From NCBI RefSeq assembly GCF_035704835.1, contig NZ_DASSWQ010000014.1, forward strand, positions 5,613 to 69,612: DNA of 64,000 nucleotides. The letters are read 5' to 3'. Positions 27,071 to 40,537 of this stretch are shown here, piece after piece. Source of the stretch: Marivirga sp. (GTDB taxonomy: Bacteria > Bacteroidota > Bacteroidia > Cytophagales > Cyclobacteriaceae). The position numbers and the translations under genes were made by a program. Every line of letters begins with the position of its first letter. Positions within the stretch are counted from its first letter, which is position 1. The notes beneath the pieces are model-generated. The model was not told where the DNA came from and did no database searches. It worked only from the letters and a program-made list of their open reading frames with translations.

Positions 27071-27697
27071 ATGTTCCAAAGACTCATGGATTATATCGAA
27101 AAATTAGACCCTAATTCCATACCTGATGAGAGAAGGGAAGTATTAAAACCATTTATTGATTATTTGCAAGAAAAAGTCGATTCAGGAAAAGACATCTCAT
27201 TGAATTTTATCTGTACTCACAATTCCAGAAGAAGCCACCTCTCTCAAATTTGGGCTCAGGCGATGTCAGAATATTTCAAATTAAATCAAATTACTTGCTA
27301 TTCGGGAGGAACTGCATCTACTTCAGTTTATCCAATGATTTTACAGGTTTTAGAAGAAGCGGGATTTGAATCAATTCAACTTTCAAAAGAAGAGAATCCT
27401 GTAATTGCAGTTAAATATGACTCGGATAGGCATCCAATCATTGCATTTTCAAAAACATACGACCATCCGTTTAATCCTACCATAGGTTTTGCTGCCCTGA
27501 TGACTTGCTCTGATGCAGATGAAAATTGCCCCTTCATTCCAGGCACAGAAAAAAGAATTTCTCTTAATTATGAAGACCCAAAATCTTTTGATGACAGTCC
27601 TTTGAAGCATCAGAAATATAAAGAACGAAGCCAGCAAATTGCTACAGAAATGCTATATGTGTTTAGTAAAGTAAATAAACTTATTATTCATGGCTAA
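27071..27697 (+). CDS. arsC: LMW-PTP-fold arsenate reductase-like protein
   Basis: [11 protein letters not shown]-loop, [19 protein letters not shown]. Confidence 0.8.
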   Translation: MFQRLMDYIEKLDPNSIPDERREVLKPFIDYLQEKVDSGKDISLNFICTHNSRRSHLSQIWAQAMSEYFKLNQITCYSGGTASTSVYPMILQVLEEAGFESIQLSKEENPVIAVKYDSDRHPIIAFSKTYDHPFNPTIGFAALMTCSDADENCPFIPGTEKRISLNYEDPKSFDDSPLKHQKYKERSQQIATEMLYVFSKVNKLIIHG

Positions 27698-28727
27698 TAC
27701 TAAAAGTTTAAGTTTCTTAGATAGGTTTTTAACCTTATGGATTTTTCTAGCAATGATTCTAGGAGTAGGAATCGGTTACATAATTCCTTCAAGTGCTAAT
27801 TTTATTGATTCTTTAAGTTCAGGGAGCACTAATATTCCAATTGCAATAGGATTGATATTGATGATGTATCCCCCACTAGCAAAAGTGGATTACAAATTAC
27901 TACCTAAAGTATTTAAAAATACAAAAATATTATCTGTCTCTCTCCTTTTAAATTGGATACTTGGGCCTATTTTAATGTTTGTCTTGGCAATTATATTTCT
28001 TCCGAATGAACCAGAATACATGGTCGGGCTTATTCTTATTGGATTAGCCAGATGTATAGCCATGGTGTTGGTTTGGAATGATTTAGCAGAGGGAAGTAGC
28101 GAATATGGCGCAGGATTGGTGGCATTAAATAGTATTTTTCAAGTTTTTGCTTATAGTTTTTATGCCTGGATTTTCATTACCATTCTACCACCTTACTTTG
28201 GCTTTGAAGGTGCGATAGTAGACATCTCAATAGCGACAATAGCTGAAAGTGTTGCTATTTACTTAGGGATTCCATTTTTGGCCGGTATTCTCAGCAGAAT
28301 GATTTTGGTATCATGGAAAGGAAAAGATTGGTATAAACAAAAATTTATCCCAGCAATTTCACCAATTACACTCATTGCATTACTTTTTACCATCATCGTA
28401 ATGTTTTCGCTAAAAGGTGAGTTAATAGTTGAAATTCCATTAGACGTCATAAAAATTGCGATTCCACTACTCATATATTTTTCTATAATGTTTCTTATTG
28501 GGTTTTTTGTCACCAGAGCAACTGGAGCTGCATACGATAAAAACGCTGCTGTAGCATTTACTGCTGCCGGAAATAATTTTGAATTAGCCATAGCAGTTGC
28601 CATTGCCGTTTTCGGATTAAATTCTGGACAAGCCTTTGCTGGCGTTATCGGTCCATTGGTTGAAGTCCCTGCTTTAATTTTACTAGTTAGGGTATCGTTC
28701 TGGTTAAAGAAAAAATATTATTCATAA
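27690..28727 (+). CDS. acr3: Acr3 arsenite efflux permease
   Basis: [45 protein letters not shown]. Confidence 0.96.
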   Translation: MANTKSLSFLDRFLTLWIFLAMILGVGIGYIIPSSANFIDSLSSGSTNIPIAIGLILMMYPPLAKVDYKLLPKVFKNTKILSVSLLLNWILGPILMFVLAIIFLPNEPEYMVGLILIGLARCIAMVLVWNDLAEGSSEYGAGLVALNSIFQVFAYSFYAWIFITILPPYFGFEGAIVDISIATIAESVAIYLGIPFLAGILSRMILVSWKGKDWYKQKFIPAISPITLIALLFTIIVMFSLKGELIVEIPLDVIKIAIPLLIYFSIMFLIGFFVTRATGAAYDKNAAVAFTAAGNNFELAIAVAIAVFGLNSGQAFAGVIGPLVEVPALILLVRVSFWLKKKYYS

Positions 28728-28829
28728 TTATAGTTGAACTATCTCCAAGACTTATAAATATCGTTCTTCATGATTATTTTCGATTCAGCTTGGCAATTAA
28801 TTTATTTAAAAATTCTATAAAATGAATCT

Positions 28830-29888
28830 ATGCCTGAACATAAAATACATGATGTCATCATAATTGGAGGTGGGCAAAGCGCTTTAGCTTGTGGTTACTA
28901 TTTAAGAAGGACAGATTTGGACTATGTCATTTTGGATAATCAAAAAGAATGCGGGGGTGCATGGCAACATGGTTGGGATTCTCTTACACTCTTTTCGCCT
29001 GCTGAGCAAAGTTCATTACCCGGTTGGCTGATGCCTAAATCAGAAAACGAATTTCCTACGAGGGATGAGGTGATTGATTATATGTGCCAATATGAAAAGC
29101 GCTACAAACTACCAGTTGAAAGACCTCTTAATGTTAAGGAAGTTGAGGAGAAATCTGATTACTTTAAAATTATTACGGATAAATCAACTTTTTACAGCAA
29201 AGCCATAATTTCCGCAACTGGCACATGGGGCAAACCTTTTATTCCCAATATCCCCGGAAAAGATAGCTTCAAGGGAAAACAAATTCATTCAGCGCATTAT
29301 AGAAAGCCAGAAGATTTCTCTGATAAAAAAGTATTAATAATAGGAGAAGGAAACTCCGGTGCACAAATTTTAGCTGAGGTTTCTAAAGTTGCTGATACCG
29401 TTTGGGCTACTCTCAAAACCCCTGAATTTTTACCTGACGATGTCGATGGCCGAGTTTTATTTGACCAAGCTTCTGCTAAATATTATGCTGAAAAGAAGGG
29501 CGAAAAATTTGATGCTTCAACATACAATTTAGGCAATATCGTGATGGTTCCATCAGTAAAAGAAGCTAGAGAGCGAGATGTTTTGCACTCTAAGGGTCAA
29601 TTCAATTCTTTTACTGAAACTGGAGTACTTTGGGAAAATGGCGAAGAAGAAGCTTTTGATGCCGTGATATGGTGCACAGGTTTTAGATACGCTACCGACC
29701 ATCTCCAAAAAATAGTCTCCACTGATGACAGAGGGAAAATTAAAACTCAAGGAACTCGCTCAATTGAAGAAGAAAATCTTTGGTTGGTTGGCTATGGTGG
29801 CTGGACAGGATTCGCTTCGGCAACTTTGATTGGAGTTGGAAGAACAGCGAGGTCTACGGTAAAGGATATTCAAAATCGTTTAAAATAA
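28830..29888 (+). CDS. ArsO-like NAD(P)H-dependent flavin monooxygenase
   Basis: GGGQSAL, GGAWQHGWDSL, ATG, HSAHY, GEGNSGAQI, WTGFASATL; last gene of the ars operon. Confidence 0.85.
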   Translation: MPEHKIHDVIIIGGGQSALACGYYLRRTDLDYVILDNQKECGGAWQHGWDSLTLFSPAEQSSLPGWLMPKSENEFPTRDEVIDYMCQYEKRYKLPVERPLNVKEVEEKSDYFKIITDKSTFYSKAIISATGTWGKPFIPNIPGKDSFKGKQIHSAHYRKPEDFSDKKVLIIGEGNSGAQILAEVSKVADTVWATLKTPEFLPDDVDGRVLFDQASAKYYAEKKGEKFDASTYNLGNIVMVPSVKEARERDVLHSKGQFNSFTETGVLWENGEEEAFDAVIWCTGFRYATDHLQKIVSTDDRGKIKTQGTRSIEEENLWLVGYGGWTGFASATLIGVGRTARSTVKDIQNRLK

Positions 29889-29938
29889 ATGTGCCTAAAA
29901 TCTAATAGTATTTAAAGCTCCAATTTTTTAGTTCACTA

Positions 29939-30556
29939 TTAATCTTGTTCAGTATTTCTTAATTTTAAAACATATTCTACTGCACCAAGATTGAAATTTC
30001 GTTGAGTACAAATTCCATTCTCATTATACCTTAAGATGGACTTTTCTCCTTCATCGTTTAGCATCATAAAACGATTTTCAGACGGCAGTTTCGCTATTTT
30101 ATAATATTTGTGTGTTACCTCTGAAAATGCAGAATCTCTTCTTTGCGGTTGGTTAAAATACAGCTTCAATGAACTATTCAAAATTGGTTTTTCATGCCAA
30201 CCGCTTACCGTATCTTGAAAAGTTCTATAATATTTTTTTCCATATAACCGCTCTATTTTTGCCTCCTCCAATATCTCTCCATTTGTTTTATCTACAAAAT
30301 ATGCTTGACTTAAGGTATCATTTTGATAAATCGCTTCTTGTAACTGAACCATTTGAGTTTGCCTAAACAACTCATATTCTAAATCCATCAAAGCAGAAAA
30401 ATAAACTTTTCCACTATCTAATACTTTTTTAGTGACCATCAAATTACCAACTGGTTTCCCCTCTATACTCACATCGTATATGAGTTCTTGACCATAACCC
30501 AAGAAACCTAAGCCCAAAAAAATACTTATCAGAAAACTTCTCTTTAACCTGCCCAT
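29939..30556 (-). CDS. Exported hypothetical protein (DUF6134-like)
   Basis: Signal peptide, then YDVSIEGKPVGNL beta-rich fold. Confidence 0.5.
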   Translation of the reverse strand: MGRLKRSFLISIFLGLGFLGYGQELIYDVSIEGKPVGNLMVTKKVLDSGKVYFSALMDLEYELFRQTQMVQLQEAIYQNDTLSQAYFVDKTNGEILEEAKIERLYGKKYYRTFQDTVSGWHEKPILNSSLKLYFNQPQRRDSAFSEVTHKYYKIAKLPSENRFMMLNDEGEKSILRYNENGICTQRNFNLGAVEYVLKLRNTEQD

Positions 30557-32082
30557 TCTTCCCTATCTAAACTTCTATATTGTATGGCTTCCGCCAAATG
30601 TTCAATTTTAATATCCTCACTTCCAGCTAAATCTGCTATAGTGCGGGATACTTTCATTATCCTATCATAAGCTCTGGCTGAAAGCCCCAATTTTTCCATG
30701 GCATTCTTTAATAATGTTTTTCCAGCCGAACTTATCACGCAAACTTCCTTAACCATTTGTGAAGGCATCAGAGCATTGGAATGAACTTCTTCTAAGCCTT
30801 CAAATCGTTTTTCTTGTATCGCTTTGGCCGCAATTACCCTTTTGCGGATGGTGTCACTACTTTCCGCTTTTCTATCAGCCGTCATTTGGTCAAAAGAAAC
30901 TGGGGTAACTTCAACATGCAAATCTATTCTATCCAAAAGCGGACCACTTACTTTATTCAAGTAACGCTTTACTGCACCTGGAGGACAAACGCATTCTTTT
31001 TCTGGGTGATTATAATAACCACATGGACATGGATTCATACTCGCCAGCAACATGAAATTAGCTGGGAAATCAACCGATACTTTTGCTCTTGAAATAGTGA
31101 CTCTGCGTTCCTCCAGTGGTTGACGCATTACTTCTAAGACCGCTCTTTTAAATTCAGGAAGTTCATCCAAAAAGAGAACACCATTATTTGCTAAAGAAAT
31201 TTCTCCAGGTTGAGGAATTCCTCCTCCACCGACAAGGGCAACGTCAGAAATTGTATGATGAGGTGCACGATATGGACGAGTTGCAATCAGAGATGAGTTT
31301 GGTCCTAACCTCCCAGCAACAGAATGGATCTTGGTGGTTTCTAGTGCTTCAGTCAAACTTAATGGGGGCAGAATTGATGGGAATCTTTTAGCCAACATTG
31401 TCTTTCCAGCTCCGGGAGGACCAACCATAATTACATTATGACCACCAGCTGCAGCAATTTCTAATGCTCTTTTTATATTTTCCTGACCTTGCACATCTGC
31501 AAAATCAGCTTCATAATCGTTGAGATTCGTGAAAAAGATATCACGGGTATCCATTTCCATTGGTTTAATGTCGGAAGTACCTTCCAAAACACCAATGGCA
31601 TCTTTTAAATTTGAGACTGGAATCACATCCAGATTATTCACAATAGCGGCTTCCGCTGCATTTTCTTGAGGTAGAATAAAGCCTTTAAAGCCTTTCTTTC
31701 TAGCTTCTATGGCAATGGGCAAAACCCCTTTTATGGGTCTGAGCGTACCATCCAAGGCCAATTCCCCCATAATCATATATTTACCTAATTCTTCTGTAAA
31801 AATCTGCTCGGAACCTTTTAAGATACCCAAGGCAATCGGCAAATCATAAGCAGAACCTTCTTTTTTGACATCCGCTGGTGCCAAATTAACGACTACTTTT
31901 TGTCTGGGCATTTTGTAGCCACTGTATTTTATGGCAGCGTCAATACGGTGTTCGCTTTCTTTAATGGCATTATCGGGTAATCCTACCATATGAAACTTAG
32001 TACCTTGGCTAACATTCACCTCAATGGTGATAACATTGGCATCTACTCCAAAAACTGAACTTCCATAAGATTTAGCTAACAT
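30544..32082 (-). CDS. comM: YifB/ComM Mg-chelatase-like AAA+ ATPase
   Basis: [44 protein letters not shown]. Confidence 0.93.
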   Translation of the reverse strand: MLAKSYGSSVFGVDANVITIEVNVSQGTKFHMVGLPDNAIKESEHRIDAAIKYSGYKMPRQKVVVNLAPADVKKEGSAYDLPIALGILKGSEQIFTEELGKYMIMGELALDGTLRPIKGVLPIAIEARKKGFKGFILPQENAAEAAIVNNLDVIPVSNLKDAIGVLEGTSDIKPMEMDTRDIFFTNLNDYEADFADVQGQENIKRALEIAAAGGHNVIMVGPPGAGKTMLAKRFPSILPPLSLTEALETTKIHSVAGRLGPNSSLIATRPYRAPHHTISDVALVGGGGIPQPGEISLANNGVLFLDELPEFKRAVLEVMRQPLEERRVTISRAKVSVDFPANFMLLASMNPCPCGYYNHPEKECVCPPGAVKRYLNKVSGPLLDRIDLHVEVTPVSFDQMTADRKAESSDTIRKRVIAAKAIQEKRFEGLEEVHSNALMPSQMVKEVCVISSAGKTLLKNAMEKLGLSARAYDRIMKVSRTIADLAGSEDIKIEHLAEAIQYRSLDREEWAG

Positions 32083-32653
32083 ACCCTAATCTTTTTTCAA
32101 TCAGTAAAATAAAAACATGAATAATTTTGATGTGAATTTCCTGAATTCTGTCGGCATAACCATCATGAGGAACACGGATTTCCACATCACATTCCTGCGC
32201 CAATTCGCCACCATTTTTGCCTGTAAGCCCTACAATTTTCATCCCCTTAGCTTTGGCTGCTTTGCAGGCCTCCAAAATATTTTTTGAATTTCCACTAGTA
32301 CTAATGGCCAATAAAACATCTTCCTTTCTGCCTAATGCTTCAATTCCTCGGCTAAAAATAAATTCAAAACCATAATCATTTCCCACACAGGTGGTATGGC
32401 TGATATCCGAAAGTGCCATCGCGCCAATTGCAGGTCTCGCTTCCCTAAATTTTCCGCTTAATTCTTCCGCAAAATGCATAGCATCACAATGAGAACCGCC
32501 ATTTCCACAACTCATTACTTTTCCTTCCTGCTTGAAGGAATCGACCATTATTTCTACTGCAGATTCAATGTTGGCTAACTGCTCGGGTTGGTTTAAAAAA
32601 TCATCCAGCGCTTTCTGTGCTGAAATAAGTTCATTTTTTATAAGGTTAATCAT
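32072..32653 (-). CDS. gmhA: D-sedoheptulose-7-phosphate isomerase
   Basis: [36 protein letters not shown]. Confidence 0.95.
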   Translation of the reverse strand: MINLIKNELISAQKALDDFLNQPEQLANIESAVEIMVDSFKQEGKVMSCGNGGSHCDAMHFAEELSGKFREARPAIGAMALSDISHTTCVGNDYGFEFIFSRGIEALGRKEDVLLAISTSGNSKNILEACKAAKAKGMKIVGLTGKNGGELAQECDVEIRVPHDGYADRIQEIHIKIIHVFILLIEKRLGYVS

Positions 32654-32661
32654 TCCTAGTC

Positions 32662-33057
32662 TTATGATTGGGGATTACTAGAATCATTTGTTTTGGTAGA
32701 ATTATCTTCAGGAGCTTCACTTTTCGGATTGTCTAACTTATCCTTGGAAGGCTCAATCTTTGTGGAAGCATTTTCACTTTCAGATTCCTTCTTATCATAA
32801 AGTCTGGCTTTAAACTGATTAATTTCATTTTCATGTTTTTCAATCAGTTTTGCTTTAGCTTTTTCTTCCTGTTTGAAAAGAAATACTACAATTAGAAAAA
32901 GTAAAAGACCAGCTATTGAACTGTATTGAACGAGATCCATTTGCTTGAATAAATCAAATAGGAAGTTTAGATTGTTTTTTCCTATCGAAATAATTACCAC
33001 TGTGGCAATGTGAAAGATAAGTAATGCCACAAAAACAATAGTTTTAAAAGTCTTCAT
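32662..33057 (-). CDS. Hypothetical 2-TM protein with coiled coil and disordered tail
   Basis: Two hydrophobic helices, FKARLYD coil; lies between msbA-like and gmhA. Confidence 0.7.
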   Translation of the reverse strand: MKTFKTIVFVALLIFHIATVVIISIGKNNLNFLFDLFKQMDLVQYSSIAGLLLFLIVVFLFKQEEKAKAKLIEKHENEINQFKARLYDKKESESENASTKIEPSKDKLDNPKSEAPEDNSTKTNDSSNPQS

Positions 33058-33177
33058 AAAGATGGAGTTGTGATGGTTTTGATTATGAATATAAACAAAT
33101 ATAGAAATAATTTAAGAACTAATGGCTTTAGATTGCACGAATAGCAAACTACCACCTCAATAATTACATTCTACACT

Positions 33178-35004
33178 TTAGGAAACTGATTGAATTTCAA
33201 TGAGCTTTTTGTAAACCCCTGCTTTTTCCATAAGTATTTCATGCTTTCCTTCTTCAATGATTTCACCGTCTTGCATTACATAAATTTTATCTGCCTCTTG
33301 GATTGTGCTCAGTCTGTGGGCAATCACAATAGAAGTTCTGTTCTTCATTAAATTGGTTAATGCATCTTGAACCAGTTTTTCTGATTCTGAATCTAAGGCA
33401 GAAGTAGCCTCATCTAAAATTAAAATGTCGGGGTTTTTCAAAATGGCTCTTGCGATGCTAATTCTCTGCCTTTGCCCTCCAGAAAGCTTCGTTCCTCTCT
33501 CCCCTATCTTAGAATCATATCCGTTTTCCATCTGAGCGATGAATTCATGAGCGTTTGCTACTTTGGCCGCTTGCTTTACTTCTTCTAAAGTACATTCCGG
33601 TTTTCCAAATGCTATATTATTGAAAATAGTATCATTAAATAAAATAGATTCCTGACTAACAATTCCCATTTTTGCTCGAAGGCTTTCCATTTTGATGTCT
33701 TTTAAAGAAACTCCATCTATTTGCACCTCACCGCTAACAGGATCGTAAAATCGAGGAATAAGGTCCGCCATAGTTGATTTACCACCACCTGAGGGCCCTA
33801 CTAAAGCGATTGTTTGGCCTTTTTGAATATTGATATTGATATTTTTCAATACTTTTTCCTCACCATAGGCAAATGATACATTCTTAAAACTTAACTCACT
33901 TTTGAATTCAGTCAAATCTGAAGCGGTACTTTTATCATTTATAGCAGGCTCTAGATCTATAATTCCAAAAATTCTTTCGGCCGATGCTAAGCCTCTTTGA
34001 ACATTACTGAAAGCTGTGGATAATTGCTTTGCAGGTACCAAAAGTTGGGAATAAATGGCGATAAATGCAATAAAACCACCTGCATCTAATTCAGAATTTC
34101 CTTCCAGAATCATTCCTCCACCAATAAGTAAAACTCCAACCACAACAAATACTCCCAGAAATTCAGAAGTTGGCCCAGCTAAGGCTTGTTTCTTCTGCAT
34201 GCTAATATTAAAGTCAGCATAATTCTTCACTTCCCTTTGAAACCTATCTTTTGAGAAACCAATGGCATTGAATGCTTTAATAATTCGCATTCCACTTAAA
34301 GTTTCATCCAAAATGTCAGATATTCTACCAATTGTTTCCTGACTTTTTCTGGCTTTCTTTTTTAATGAAATGGCAATATATGAGATAATAAAGCCTGAAA
34401 TAGGCAGGATAACTAGGGTGATTAAGGTTAGCTTAACCGAGATAAAAAATAAAGCAATAAAATATCCTATCAGCATAAAGGGTTCTTTTATTATGGCCTT
34501 TAAACTGTTTACTACCGTACCCTCTACTTCTTGCACATCGGCCATTACTTTAGACATAATATTGCCTTTTCGCTCTTCAGTGAAAAAACCAATATGCATA
34601 TTTATTAATCTATCATATAGTGAATTCCTCAGATTTGAGATAACATTGGCTTTTACAATTGCGGATATCACAGCGAGCAAATATTTAAATATATTTGATA
34701 GAAAAATACTTACAATTAAAATTAAACAGACAAATTGTAAAGCAGCAAATCTATCCTCTTGCACAATCGTGAGCAAGTAGTAATCAAATACATCTGTCAA
34801 ATACTGAATACTAAAATTAAAATCAGGCGCAGATTGAGGCACTTTATCTGTTTCTTGTGGTATGAATAGTACATTTAATACGGGTGCTAAAATCCCCAAT
34901 GTTATAACACTAAAAACTGATTGAAAAATAGCATAAATTATATATTGAGGTGCTAACCAGCCTAATGGTTTTGCATAAGAAAGGACTCTAAAATACGTTT
35001 TCAT
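33178..35004 (-). CDS. MsbA-like ABC exporter (fused TMD-NBD)
   Basis: 6 TM; GPSGGGKST, LSGGQRQR, ILDEATSALD, IAHRLSTI. Confidence 0.92.
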   Translation of the reverse strand: MKTYFRVLSYAKPLGWLAPQYIIYAIFQSVFSVITLGILAPVLNVLFIPQETDKVPQSAPDFNFSIQYLTDVFDYYLLTIVQEDRFAALQFVCLILIVSIFLSNIFKYLLAVISAIVKANVISNLRNSLYDRLINMHIGFFTEERKGNIMSKVMADVQEVEGTVVNSLKAIIKEPFMLIGYFIALFFISVKLTLITLVILPISGFIISYIAISLKKKARKSQETIGRISDILDETLSGMRIIKAFNAIGFSKDRFQREVKNYADFNISMQKKQALAGPTSEFLGVFVVVGVLLIGGGMILEGNSELDAGGFIAFIAIYSQLLVPAKQLSTAFSNVQRGLASAERIFGIIDLEPAINDKSTASDLTEFKSELSFKNVSFAYGEEKVLKNININIQKGQTIALVGPSGGGKSTMADLIPRFYDPVSGEVQIDGVSLKDIKMESLRAKMGIVSQESILFNDTIFNNIAFGKPECTLEEVKQAAKVANAHEFIAQMENGYDSKIGERGTKLSGGQRQRISIARAILKNPDILILDEATSALDSESEKLVQDALTNLMKNRTSIVIAHRLSTIQEADKIYVMQDGEIIEEGKHEILMEKAGVYKKLIEIQSVS

Positions 35005-35082
35005 TAATCAAATTTGATTTTAATGCAATTTACAAGATATAGTGGGTAATCAGAACTTACAAATGATAGTAGAGTTAAAACG

Positions 35083-35115
35083 AAAAAAGCCGATTTACAT
35101 TTCAGTAAATCGGCT
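35083..35115 (-). terminator. Terminator of atpD-atpC
   Basis: AGCCGATTTAC-ATTTCA-GTAAATCGGCT with a U run on the minus strand. Confidence 0.85.
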
Positions 35116-35140
35116 CACTATTTTATAAAAAATACCTACG

Positions 35141-35389
35141 CTATTCTTTGATTACTTTTTCAGCAAGAACAGTAATGGTATTATTTAAAACTTCTACTAC
35201 ACCGCCTTCTACTACTATTGTAGTATTATTTTTGCCATCAGTGAATTTTAAATCTCCTTTAGCCAAAGAACTGATAAGTGGTGCGTGATTATTCAAAACC
35301 TGAAAAGAACCATTGCTTCCCGGGAAAGTAGCAGAATCTACATTTCCTTTAAACACATTTTTTTCCGGTGTAATGATTTCTAAAAGCAT
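35141..35389 (-). CDS. atpC: ATP synthase F1 epsilon subunit
   Basis: LEIITPE, PGSNGSFQVLNNHAPLISSL, GGVVEV. Confidence 0.95.
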   Translation of the reverse strand: MLLEIITPEKNVFKGNVDSATFPGSNGSFQVLNNHAPLISSLAKGDLKFTDGKNNTTIVVEGGVVEVLNNTITVLAEKVIKE

Positions 35390-35399
35390 AATTTTAATT

Positions 35400-36911
<1,512 letters not shown>

Positions 36912-36955
36912 TTAATAATTATAATAAAATAAAATTGCTCTATTCTTTCAGGGTG

Positions 36956-36986
36956 CAAAGCTAAGGTTTAATTCAATTATAACAAA
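36956..36986 (-). promoter_or_regulatory. Bacteroidota promoter for atpD
   Basis: Minus strand TTTG, 19-nt spacer, TAGCTTTG. Confidence 0.75.
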
Positions 36987-37169
36987 GTATTTTTCCCATG
37001 GGCTTTAAGTTGTCACGGAAATTTTATTATCATCTCATGACTGACATTATAGCTTCAATCCTTTTTCCACTAGCATTGCTCATTTTTCCACTCATGGAAA
37101 AGAATGATCGAATCTAAACTAAATAAGTCTGTAATGCTTAGATTAGCGAGAAATTTAAATGTACATACA

Positions 37170-39614
37170 ATGAAAAAAGTAATATTAAGCTTTGCTATGA
37201 TGGCTTTCATAGGACTTTCTGCTACAGAAAGTAACGCACAGCTATTTGGCAAAAAGAATAAAGAAGAACCAAAAGAAAAGAGTGATTCAAAGTCAAAATA
37301 TCAACCCTATTCTAAGGTAATTACATCTGAAGCAGAATCTGACGAGGGATTATTTACTTTTCATAAAGTAGAGGATAAATACTATTTTGAAATCCCTAAA
37401 GATTTATTAGAGAAAGAAATTTTAATAGTTTCTAGAATTTCTGGACACGTTAAAGGCTTGAATTTTGGCGGTGCAGGTATGAAATCTCGTCCTCAGCAAG
37501 TTATCAGATTTCAGAAGAAAGATAATCAATTATTATTACGTTCTGTTTCCTACAATTCTGTAGCCGATGAGGAAGATCCAATTTATGAATCAGTTAGAAA
37601 TAATAATTTTGAGCCTATAGTTTATAGTTTTAAAATTGAAGCATTAGGCAAAGATTCCTCTTCATACGTAATAAATATTGAAGATTTTTTTACTTCAGAC
37701 GTAGAGATGATAGGTGCCTTATCAGATGATCAGAGAAAAGAATTCAAAATTTCTAGAATAGATAAAAGCAGATCAATTATAGTACATGGAAAAGCTTTTC
37801 CAGAAAACGTGGAAGTAAGACATATCCTTACTTATGACGGAAGTAACCTTCCTGACAACCAAATAACTGGAACTTTATCGATTGAAATGAACCAATCTAT
37901 GATTTTACTTCCGGAAGAGCCGATGGTTCCAAGAAATTTTGACGAAAGAGTGGGATATTTCTCGATCCGTCAAATAGATTATTCAAAAGATTCTTATAAA
38001 GCCGATGATAATAGGTTTATCACTAGATGGAGATTGGAGCCTTCAGATTGGGAAGCTTACAACAGAGGAGAATTAGTTGAACCTGTTAATCCAATTGAAT
38101 ATTATATAGATCCTGCTACTCCAATAGAATGGAGAGAATATTTGAAAAAAGGAATTGAAGACTGGCAACCGGCCTTTGAAGCTGCTGGCTTTAAAAATGC
38201 AATTATTGCGAAAGATGCTCCAACTAAAGAAGAAGATCCTAATTGGAGTCCGGAAGATGTGAGATATTCAGTTATTCGATATATCGCTACTGACATTCAG
38301 AATGCTCAAGGTCCACATGTGCATGATCCGAGAACTGGTGAAATATTAGAAAGTGATATTCTGTGGTATCATAACGTAATGAATTTATTGAGAAATTGGT
38401 ATTTCATCCAAACGGCAGCTGTAAATCCTGAGGCTCAAAAAGTTAAGTTTGAAGAAGAATTAATGGGTGAATTAATTAGATTCGTTGCTGCACACGAAGT
38501 AGGTCACACATTAGGTTTGCCGCACAACATGGGCTCTAGTGTTGCTTATCCAATTGATTCATTACGTTCGGCTGAATTTATGAAAACACATGGTGTTGCA
38601 CCTTCCATTATGGATTACGCAAGGTTCAATTATGTTGCACAGCCAGAAGATAATGTAGAAAATTTCTTTCCTATGGTAGGAGAATACGATAAATGGGCCA
38701 TTGAATATGGCTACAGAGCCATTCCAAACATCGAAACCGCTGAAGAGGAAGAACCAATTTTAAATGAGTGGATTCTAGAAAAGGCTGATAATCCAGTTTA
38801 TAGATTTGGTCGTCAGCAAAGAGGTGTAGTGGATCATACTTCTCAAACTGAAGATATTGGTGATGATTCTATGATTGCTTCAGAACTAGGAATCAAAAAC
38901 TTAAAAAGAATCACTGAAAATGTTCTAGAGTGGAGTTCAGTAGAAGGTGAAAATTATGACGAATTAAGTGAATTATATAGTAATATAATTGGTCAGTATA
39001 ATCGTTATATGGGTCATGTAACTGCTAATGTAGGCGGAATTACAGAATATATTAAAACAACTGACCAAGAAGGTGCAATTTATACTCATGCTTCCTTAGA
39101 TAAACAGAAGAGAGCTATTGAATTTTTAAATAAGCAATTATTTGAAACTCCAGAATGGTTAATTAATGCTGAAATTTTGAGAAGAATTGAGTCAGAAGGT
39201 ATTGTGGATAGAATTAAAGCATTACAAACAAGAACTTTAGGTAGCTTATTCAGCGCATCAAGAGTTAAGAGAGTTTTAGAAAATGTATCTTTAAATGGAG
39301 ATGATGCCTACCAAGCAACTCAAATGATGAGCGACTTACGTACTGGTATTTTCTCTGAATTAAGGACAGGAAGAACCATTGATACTTACAGAAGAAATTT
39401 ACAAAAAGCTTTTGTAGAGCAATTAGGTGGCTTAGTTAACATTGAGGACGAAGATATCCGTACCACGGATATTCCTTCACTTTCAAGAGGAAACTTAGTT
39501 ACATTACAAAACGAAATCAATAGAGGGTTAGCGAGACAGAGCGATTTGATGTCTCGTTACCACTTACAAGATTTGGTTAGTAGAATAGATTTAATTTTAA
39601 ACCCAAGAGGATAA
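37170..39614 (+). CDS. Exported zinc-dependent metalloprotease (DUF5117/DUF4953, EcxA-like)
   Basis: Signal peptide from ATG 37170; DPRTGEI, HEVGHTLGLPHN, SIMDY Met-turn. Confidence 0.9.
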   Translation: MKKVILSFAMMAFIGLSATESNAQLFGKKNKEEPKEKSDSKSKYQPYSKVITSEAESDEGLFTFHKVEDKYYFEIPKDLLEKEILIVSRISGHVKGLNFGGAGMKSRPQQVIRFQKKDNQLLLRSVSYNSVADEEDPIYESVRNNNFEPIVYSFKIEALGKDSSSYVINIEDFFTSDVEMIGALSDDQRKEFKISRIDKSRSIIVHGKAFPENVEVRHILTYDGSNLPDNQITGTLSIEMNQSMILLPEEPMVPRNFDERVGYFSIRQIDYSKDSYKADDNRFITRWRLEPSDWEAYNRGELVEPVNPIEYYIDPATPIEWREYLKKGIEDWQPAFEAAGFKNAIIAKDAPTKEEDPNWSPEDVRYSVIRYIATDIQNAQGPHVHDPRTGEILESDILWYHNVMNLLRNWYFIQTAAVNPEAQKVKFEEELMGELIRFVAAHEVGHTLGLPHNMGSSVAYPIDSLRSAEFMKTHGVAPSIMDYARFNYVAQPEDNVENFFPMVGEYDKWAIEYGYRAIPNIETAEEEEPILNEWILEKADNPVYRFGRQQRGVVDHTSQTEDIGDDSMIASELGIKNLKRITENVLEWSSVEGENYDELSELYSNIIGQYNRYMGHVTANVGGITEYIKTTDQEGAIYTHASLDKQKRAIEFLNKQLFETPEWLINAEILRRIESEGIVDRIKALQTRTLGSLFSASRVKRVLENVSLNGDDAYQATQMMSDLRTGIFSELRTGRTIDTYRRNLQKAFVEQLGGLVNIEDEDIRTTDIPSLSRGNLVTLQNEINRGLARQSDLMSRYHLQDLVSRIDLILNPRG

Positions 39615-39641
39615 TTACCTTAATCAGTTTAGTTTAATTTT

Positions 39642-39674
39642 AGCCTCCCAGAGAATTCTCTGGGAGGCTTTTTT
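39642..39674 (+). terminator. Rho-independent terminator
   Basis: AGCCTCCCAGAG-AATT-CTCTGGGAGGCT followed by a T run. Confidence 0.9.
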
Positions 39675-39770
39675 ATTCAAAAGTAAGGTTCATAGGAAAA
39701 TTGCAGAATCAGTAATTCTTTGATATTCAACTTATTGAAGTTACAAGAATTATTATTTTTTAACTTTTCT

Positions 39771-40304
39771 TTAATTCAATTCAATTTTATCGATTTCTAA
39801 TCGAAAATTCTCCTCCTTATTATTGCCAATTAAAAAGCGTACTTCCTGAATTTTTTCAGCAGGGAAATTTGGGATATCCAATTTTCGTCCATGATAAACT
39901 GGTTCCATTTCGCTTAGCGGAATCTCTACGGTTTCCCAATCTCCAGAAGTTTTAAATCCATATACATAGGATGCTCTCTCTTTTAAATTAGATTTCATTC
40001 TGAACTGATATTTCTTACCATCCCCTTTCAAAAAAATGATTGCTTTCGTATATCCTTTTATATCTTTGGTCGGAAAATGATATTGCAAAGAAGCAAATCC
40101 GCCATTGTTTTCCAGAGATACTGTTCCTGTAAAAATAGCATTTCCTTCTGCGCTACTTTCAAGATTACTGCTCGACCTCCCTCCCATCACCACATCATTT
40201 TCCACTTCCCAATTCGACCAGTCGCCTGTTGAACTAAAATCAAAGAGTAATAATTTGCTCATAAATAAGATTATTAGAAATACTAAGAATTGCTGCTGAA
40301 ACAT
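39771..40304 (-). CDS. CIA30/NDUFAF1-family carbohydrate-binding-like protein
   Basis: NDVVMGGRS, SLENNGGFAS, LKGDGKKY. Confidence 0.9.
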   Translation of the reverse strand: MFQQQFLVFLIILFMSKLLLFDFSSTGDWSNWEVENDVVMGGRSSSNLESSAEGNAIFTGTVSLENNGGFASLQYHFPTKDIKGYTKAIIFLKGDGKKYQFRMKSNLKERASYVYGFKTSGDWETVEIPLSEMEPVYHGRKLDIPNFPAEKIQEVRFLIGNNKEENFRLEIDKIELN

Positions 40305-40537
40305 AATACTTTAAGTTAAATAAATCAATTTTAACTTATTAACTTATGAATAGGCATTAGTTATAAAGCTGATGAGTTTTTAACCGAAGCCATGAGTTCT
40401 ATTTTTAAATTCTACAAGTTCAAAAAATCAGTGGTTTTTTGTGCTCAGAGTAAAATTTTTTAAAAAATTATCTGAGATCACATAATGCCAATAAGAGTGA
40501 GATACCATATAAGCTAAATGAAATGGAACTTCATGTA

